The notes beneath the pieces were generated by a model that was not told where the DNA came from, ran no database searches, and was given only the letters and a program-made list of their open reading frames with translations. Positions 56,327 to 64,000 of a stretch of 64,000 nucleotides of DNA are shown piece after piece (position 1 is the stretch's first letter; each line of letters opens with the position of its first letter). Source of the stretch: Octopus sinensis (Eukaryota); NCBI RefSeq assembly GCF_006345805.1, contig NC_043011.1:66848464-66912463 (forward strand), in the 5' to 3' direction. A program made the translations under genes and the position numbers.

Positions 56327-59300
56327 ACCAACCTAATTTGAGAAGCGTAGACTCAAACCCACCTGAAGACCGTTGTTCTCCCCAAAAGAAGAAACGTCGT
56401 CAAAACTCCAGTGGGGCAGATTTAGCTATGAAACCTGACCACGATAAACAGTCTCCTGTTGACGCAGAGACACCCTTGATTTCTTCCCTGGAGACGTCCA
56501 AACCGAAGGGAGCAAAATCGAAGCGGCCAAAGAAGGCGAAGGAACCGGCGGTCGTTTCTGCACATGATCGTTCCTGTGCGGATTCTTCCTCATCTGCCTT
56601 TTCGGTCCCGGAGGGTCCCCAAACTAATTTGAGGAGCGTAGACTCAAACCCACCTGAAGACCGTTGTTCTCCCCAAAAGAAGAAACGTAGTCAAAACTCC
56701 AGTGGGGCAGGTTTAGCTATGAAACCTGATCACGATAAAATCTGTTTGGATTCTCCCTCACTTGTCCTTCCCATTAATGCCATTGCTCAACCAATTCTGA
56801 ACGATCTTGATGTGAGTTCATCTGGGGAGTGGTGCTCCCCCAAACCGAAGAAGAGGCAGTGCAGTTCCAAACCAGGCGGGAAAATTATGACCACTAAATC
56901 CATTCCGATCGACCCCACAGGCCGACATAAGTCCGATGGCTATGAAACCACCCTTCGAAATCCTCCAATGAAGAATCGAATACCGCAGCTCATAGTAGAG
57001 AACTTTTTGCCCACTCAAGATCAGCAATATTTATGGTAAAGCTGAATCCACCTGTGATACAGGCATAACCCGCCTAAAAGATGACATTAATTTTGTTTCC
57101 ATTTTAGTTGGAGAATTGTTCTCTGTGAACGAAAATGTCAGTGTCCATAAGGTCGCTCGGCTAGGAAGATTCCAAGCGAACCCAACCTCAGATACTAGAC
57201 CACGCCCAATAAGAGTAATCTTTTCTTCCGATCAGGAGCCTTCAGTCTTTCTGAACAGAGCTCAGTCGCATGCCTGGGAGGACCCCAATATGGGTTTTCG
57301 CGAGGAATACTCACTAAGAGAGAGAATTCGTCGGAGAAACCTAATATCCGAACTAAAGATGAGGAAACAAATGGGAGAGAAGGGTTTACGAATCCAAGAT
57401 GGACAGATAATCAAGTCCTACCTCTGGTCCCATGCTGTAGTGCTGACAGGGAAAGTGATGTGAGGGCAAATCGAAGTGAAGTTGATACCCCCGTCAACGA
57501 TGCTATATCTGATACCCCTTATTCTGCTTGTTCCCCAACTCCCGCCCCTCAGACTTCACAGCTCAGCATCGTCTACACCAACTCGTGCTCCTTATTCCCA
57601 AAGTTCAGTGAACTATTTCCACTGGCCTTACGTGACTCCCCTGATGTGATAGCTATCACCGAGACTTGGCTGACTCCAGCAGTAAAGGACTCAGAAATCC
57701 ACCTGCAGGGCTACGTCCTTTTCAGATGTGACAGAGGAAAAAGGCGAGGTGGAGGTGTTGCTGTGTATGTTAAGTCTGAGCACAAACCGTCCAGCGGTAT
57801 TCTACCCACTAATGCTCAACCTATAACAAAATTCGATGCCGTCTATTGCAAGCTGAGCCTATCTGAGTTTTGCCTGCCCGTGTTGGCTGTCTACAGACTG
57901 CCTCTTGCCGACCCCCAGGACGATGCTCATTTACTCGAAGCGATAAGATTCGTTTCAGCTTCGCATGACTGTTTGGTACTAGGAGACTTCAACGCTCCAA
58001 CGATCGATTGGCCCGCATCAATTTGTACAACATCTTCCCGGTTCGGCCAGGCCCTTCTTGACGTGGCTCAAGATTATTTTCTATCGCAACATGTTGAATA
58101 TCCGACAAGGCATCGGTCTGGGCAGCAGCCATCTATGCTGGATCTGGTATTCTCCCGCTATCCAAGATCAGTGTCAGACGTATCTGTGTGCGCCCCTCTT
58201 GCCAAGAGTGATCATGCGGTCCTGAAGTTCGTCATGCACACAAATTTTTCTACGCCCACGACTACTTCGCTGCCACGTAGAGTCTTCTCTGCAATTAATC
58301 TTGAAATTCTAACCGAGGCTTCCGCGCTTCTGGACTGGCGATCCCTGATGACGTTGTCCCCAGTTGACGAACTATGGTCATCCCTCAAAGCATATGTAAT
58401 CTGTTTGACTGACCAGGCAGTTCCCGTTGGGCTTCCCAAGAGGAAGAAACACAAGCCCTGGGTGACGAAGAAGGTTAAACGAGAACGTCGACTCAGAGAT
58501 ATTGCATGGGCTGAATTCAAAAATCTGGATTCGACTGCAGCTTTTGAGGTGTACAAAATTCAACGAGATCGATCCGTGAAAATTGAAAAGAAAGAACGCT
58601 TCAGTTATGAATACAAAATCGCGGCAAATGCCAGTAGCAAACCTTCTTTGCCCATGTCCAGCGTAATTCCCGCTTGAACAACCAGATTGCAACGTTGGTA
58701 GACTCAACAGGCGTATCGATTGAGGACCCTTATCAACAGAGTCACTTATTTGCCGAGGCTTTTTCAACTATTTTCAAACAAGATGATGGTCGTGAACCCC
58801 CTCCATTTGATAGATCGGTACCTCCAATGCTTCGCTTGGTCATCACGCGGGACGAGGTCAAACGTGTTATTCAAGGTCTCGATGTCAACAAGGGTCACGG
58901 CCCTGACGGCATACACCCACGGGTTATCAAAGCGTTGGCTCCGGTCATCTGCGAGCCCTTAACGCGACTATTCAATATGTCATTGGCGACGGGTGTTATA
59001 CCTTCAGACTGGAGAACAGCGATAATCTGCCCAATTTTCAAGAAAGGGAGCCGCGAAAACACGCTTAACTACCGACCGGTTTCCCTTACATCAATAATCA
59101 GCAAGATGTTCGAAACCATCCTTAAGAAAAGTATGATGCTCCACCTCCTAAACACAGCCTCTATCTCTGATTCCCAACACGGCTTCGTGCCGAAGAGATC
59201 ATGCTTGACCAACTTACTGGTAATGGAAGAATTGGTGACGCGCATCCTCGATGATAGTGATGCTGTTAACATCGTTTTATTGGACTTTGCCAAAGCTTTT

Positions 59301-60416
59301 GACTCGGTAAACCACCGCCTATTACTTGTCAAGCTTCAAGCATATAGTTTCCACCCGGATATTGTACGATGGGTTGGTGCCTTCCTCTCAGATCGCTCCT
59401 TCCAAGTCCGAGTTACTGGTTCGCGGTCCGACGTCTCCAGTGCGAGCAGTGGCGTGCCTCAAGGATCAGTGCTTGGGCCCCTGTTGTTCTTAGTCTTCAT
59501 AAATGCCTTGCCCGACGACCTCACGCAACACGCCCTTCTATTTGCCGACGATATCAAACTGGTCGCTCCTCGCGGTAGTATAGAGGATCTTCGTCGATGC
59601 CTCCACCACATTTGGAAGTGGTCTAACGATTGGGACCTGTGTCTGAACGTGTCAAAGTGCTGTCATCTGCCTGTCGGCTCTACTCCTGCAACTCAAATTG
59701 ATTTCGAGCCGGGTCGTCTGCTGCTGGAGAGGACCGATCAGGTAAAGGACATGGGTATCTTGGTGGATTCCTCCTTTTCGCCTTCGGCCCAGTGCGTCCA
59801 TGCTGCCAACAAAGCACGCGGATTTCTGTTCTTGATTCGACGGTCATTCGGAATGCTCACAGCAGCCATATTCCTACCACTCTATGTCACGCTGGTGAGA
59901 CCCATATTGGAGTATGGGATTCAAGCCTATTCTCCTTATCTCCTCAAAGACATACAGCATCTCGAAAGAGTCCAGAAGCTGGCTACCCGCATGGTTCATG
60001 GGCTCAGAAATTTGTCCTACGAAGAAAGGCTGAGGACACTCGACCTTTATTGCCTTGAAAAACGCCGCCGCCGTGGTGATCTCATTCTCGCCCACAACAT
60101 CATAAGCGGAAAGTGTAACCTCTCTAAAGAGCTGTTCTTCACTCCTGCTCCAGAGCGTCGGCTGCGGGGTCATTCCGAAAAGCTCTACCTGCGACGATTT
60201 CATCTTAATCGAAGGAGAGGAGCTTTCTCCTTCCGGGTTGCGGATCCGTGGAACAAGCTGCCAGACGAGATGGTGAAGATGCCGACGACCGCTTGTTCAA
60301 AGCCTCCCTGGACCTCAAGTGGCCTGAACTCTTTACATGAACACCACCCTGTACTTAACTCCATGTCCCCCTACATGGCCTTGCTATTTGCTCTTGAGCC
60401 AAATTAACTAACTAAC
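56327..60416 (+). mobile_element. Near full-length GC-rich CR1/L2-type LINE (ORF1-like + APE-RT ORF2) with (TAAC)n tail
   Basis: APE: YTNSCSL, IAITETWL, LGDFN, SDH. RT: 577-aa ORF with QHGF, LDFAKAFD, GVPQGS, FADD. ORF2 is split by a 7-nt deletion near 58640 relative to the 42.7-kb copy. Inserted in a (TA)n tract. Confidence 0.93.
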
Positions 60417-60466
60417 ATATATATATGTTAGTTATCTATGCGTATATATATACGCATAGATATAAG

Positions 60467-60521
<55 letters not shown>

Positions 60522-60899
60522 TACATTATTATATGATTGAATCCCATCATCCTCTTCTAAGTATGTTTTATCCCGTATATATGTACATAAATATACATAT
60601 GTGTGTTCGTGTGTATGTGTGTATTATCCGTGCATTAGTTTGCATATCTATGCAAAAGTGTGGCAATTTCTAATATAAATATAAATCATATTATAAATAT
60701 GATGTAACAACTGTATCAACTGACGGAGAAAGCATGTAAAGTTGATCAATGACCTTCTACGTCATTAATACATTTACAACTTGTTTTCTTGTATATTCAC
60801 CAACACGACAGGTGTATAAAAGATAAATTTACAGAAAATGTGATTTTTCTCTGTACCCGTGCTTGCTGGTTTTAAATTTTGGAAATTTTTGCATTTTTA

Positions 60900-62129
60900 T
60901 GTTTTCGAATCAATTTGTTCCGAGAATTCTGTTTTTGAATCATTTTGGAATCTTTTTTTTTTTACTGAATTTTAGTTAATTTTTGTTTATTTTCAGATCA
61001 TTAAAATGGAATGCCAAGTTAAGAAAAATGAGGTTTTTAGAAACCGCCTACGTTTTGCTATTGATCAAGCTTCTAAGACTGCAAAAGATGCTGTCGAAAT
61101 TTATGCTGTGTAGTGGGAGGGTGCCATAGCGGAAAGAACCGCTCGTGATTAGTATGCCAAATTCAAAAATGGAAATTTTGATCTCAAAGACGCACGCCAT
61201 TCTGGCCGTCCAGTTCAGGCTAATGAAGAGCGATTAAACCAACTTTTGCACGAAAATTCTTGTCAAATCACAAGGGAATTGACAGAGAAAATGGAATGCT
61301 CGCACACTGCTATAATGAAGCATCTTCACTCGATGGGAAAGCTGCAGAAGTATGGAGCATGTGTTCCGCAGGCTTTAAGTGACAAAAACAAATATCAACA
61401 TGCCACAATTTCCACTAGTTTGCTTGCTCGTCACCGCTCAACTTATGGAAACAAGCAACGATTTCTTTACGGAATCGTTACTTGCAAAGAAATATAGTAC
61501 CTGCACATCAGTATGAAGCAGCGTAAGGAATGGCTTAGCCCCGGTAAACAAGCGACAACGCGCGTGAAACAAGATCTTCATCCGCATAAAATGATGTTGC
61601 GCGTATGGTGGTAGTGGGAAGGGATTATTCATTACGAATTGCTTGAACCGATCCAAACAGTCAACATGGAACTCTATGTTCAAGTGATGGAACGACTCAA
61701 CGCGGCTATTCAAGATAAAACATCAAATTGGCTGCATGGAGTTCTTCCGCTGCACGACAACGCCTGCTCCCATATCGCCAGTATGACCTAGGAAGCCATT
61801 TAAACACATGGCTTGGAAGTGCTACCACACTCGCCGTACTCTCTTGATTTGGCACCAACGGCTTTCCACCTCTTTCGATCTCTTTCAAATGATACGAGCG
61901 GAATTTCGTTCAAAACTGATGCAGAATTGAGAGCTTGGTTGGATCAAGTTTTCGAGTCGAAACCGGGTGATTTCTACCAACGAAGTATTGAAAATCTTGC
62001 TGAACGTTGAGAAGAAGTCGTAAAAAACATGGGTGAATACATTATTGATTAATTAGTTTTTATTTTTTACTAAACTTTTTTAAAAATTCAAATTAAAAAA
62101 ACGGCTGGAACTTACTTGCTAACCTAATA
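60900..62129 (+). mobile_element. Mariner (DD34D-type) transposon, pseudogenised transposase
   Basis: MECQVKKNE..., SGRP, WVP-like ACVPQAL, LHDNA, HSPYSLDLAP; right TIR acggctggaacttacttgctaacctaata; many stops; left TIR not recognisable. Confidence 0.88.
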
Positions 62130-62189
62130 GTATGAGGAAATTTCAGATATTAAAACCTGTTTTAAATCACTGCGTTGATGCGGAAGTTT

Positions 62190-62420
62190 TTGGAGACATG
62201 ATGTTTTGAAGAGGGTAAAAGAAGCAATTTTAGACCAGATGGAAATGAAAAAGCTTCAAGAGGAATTAGAATTGAAAAGATTTGAAAAAGAAATTGAGCA
62301 AAAAGTGTTAGAATGTTCTGTCGCTCCATCACACCCTTCCTCTTTCGATTATTCAAGACATGCCAGAATCCATCCCCCTTTCAATGAGAAAAGAGGTTGA
62401 CATGTATTTCGAACAGGGGC
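62190..62420 (+). mobile_element. Gypsy-type gag fragment
   Basis: ELELKRFEKE...FDYSRHARIHPPFNE then VDMYFE resembles the FDxSKxIRLVPPFxE-VDxYF gag motif. Confidence 0.45.
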
Positions 62421-62712
62421 TGTTTCTTCTGGATGCAGTAACCGTAACAATATATGTCTGTGTGTGCGCGCGCTCTGTGTGTATGCACTCATATGAGTAA
62501 ACCACTAATATCCCGTTCAAGAGCGTGAGAGAATTGATAGCGGCAATATCATTAAAAACAAAATATCGTCAATATTTAATTTTACATTGAGTTGTTATAA
62601 TATATTAGTCAAAGGACATATACTCTCTCATCATTTTAGATATATCTAAAAGAGCTAGCATTTTGATAACGACAAACGATTTATAAAAGCAGATATAACA
62701 ATAAGTTCATAC

Positions 62713-62788
<76 letters not shown>

Positions 62789-62899
62789 GCAGTGCTCGAA
62801 TGTACTGTTGAGAGGTGTTACAAATGAACAAGGGCAGGGCCGTCGTGCTAGTCCATCGCAATCCCGTGAAAATACCCTGACACCTACAAAATGTAAAGT

Positions 62900-64000
62900 T
62901 TGGCTTCATAATGTGAATTTTGCGTGTTCAAGGAATGCGATCGTCGAATGTTTTGGAGATTTTACAGACAAGAAAGTAAATTTCAAAATGCAGTATGGCC
63001 GTGAAAGCAGAAATAAGATTGTTCATTTTATGATTATAAAAATGAAGTTTGTCAGCGGACAGCTACGGATGTCAAACACCTGACCCTCAGACACCGGCTG
63101 TATCCCTGCCATTAAGCTAGACGGCCTGTTGCCCATAATGACCAACAAATTTTTGGAATGAGACAACATTTTATAGACGATCTTTTTTTTATTAGCGTCG
63201 AATGTGTTTGGTATTTTACAGTCAGGAAAGCAAATTTTATAAGTTGTATAGCTGTGAAAACATCAGGAAATTTCGTCTCCTGTATCCCTCTGCTGACAAC
63301 ATTTTTTAGTCTTTTAAGTTTCAAATATACAATCTTTCTGTTATTCAGATGCCTGGAATGCGTTCAAAATTTACTTTCTCTTGTCAGCAAAATATCGAAG
63401 TGAAAATTGTTGATCCCAAGAATATTCTACTGCCACCTCTCCAAATAAAAAAAGGTCTTCAAATCGAAAATGAAAATTGTGCGTGGTCCCTGAAGAAGTA
63501 CGTGGCACTCTCAAGTACATGAATCCAAAGTTTCTATGTATGGCAGAAGGCAAGCTAAACGTAGGTAACTTTTTTGGCTGTCATTTTCGAGAATTCATGA
63601 AGGAACTCATTTTGAGGTAACACAAGTCAGTGTCGAGTTAAATGATTGGTTCTCCCTTCAAACAGATTTCCGAAACTTACTTGGGAATTACCCGCTTCAC
63701 AGGATATGAAAAATTTTATTCAAGACCTGATTTCCAGTTGCCAACAACTTCGGTCTGCAATGAGTGTAAAAACGGACTTTTTGGAATCACATATTGAGTA
63801 TTTGCCAAGAATTGTGGCAACTACAGTGAGGAAAAAAGAGAGAAATACTATTAGGATATATGCATCATGAAATCTCGATAATATGGCAAATAGAAACAGG
63901 ATAACAGAGCAAATGGAAAGTCAGTTTGATTACTGTTGGTCATTCAAATGTAATGGTCCACATGCACAGCAGAAGCGGAATACAAAGTGATCTTCTTCGT
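62900..64000 (+). mobile_element. Highly decayed Chapaev3-like transposase remnant (same superfamily as 32404-34450)
   Basis: DAWNAFK, DFLESHIEYLP, NCGNYSEE and DYCWS fragments, in the same order as in 32404-34450. Confidence 0.45.

Overview
AT-rich eukaryotic genomic DNA, dense in microsatellites and transposons, with one 100-N gap. The SINE/LINE content and (TA)n/(TG)n/(TAA)n density suggest an octopus-like cephalopod (inference). Most supplied ORFs are microsatellite noise or TE fragments. TEs: three R4/Dong-type restriction-endonuclease LINEs in (TAA)n tracts, several CR1/L2-type APE LINEs (one GC-rich and nearly intact), a Tc1 with long IR/DR ends, a mariner, Chapaev3-like DNA transposons, Penelope-like fragments with hammerhead-ribozyme motifs, Gypsy remnants, SINEs and a Helitron 3' end. 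Main result: the non-TE blocks that recur across the window are the introns, promoters and tiny exons (37/97/88/87 nt) of a minus-strand tandem gene family missed by the ORF track; I label the copies CRG1-5. CRG3 (27752->16300) splices with canonical GT-AG sites into an uninterrupted 102-aa protein: signal peptide, 6-Cys domain and GPI-signal-like tail. CRG5 (54038->46317) has the same signal peptide. Its mature-domain exons differ by about 21% in nucleotides, with every changed codon non-synonymous, while adjacent introns differ by only about 3-6%. CRG5 also has a frame-preserving rearrangement of exon 3 that leaves one in-frame TAG, which predicts a secreted 6-Cys form. Orphan first exons, promoter remnants and extra terminal exons indicate birth-and-death evolution. 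All alignments and counts were done by hand; no database searches were run.
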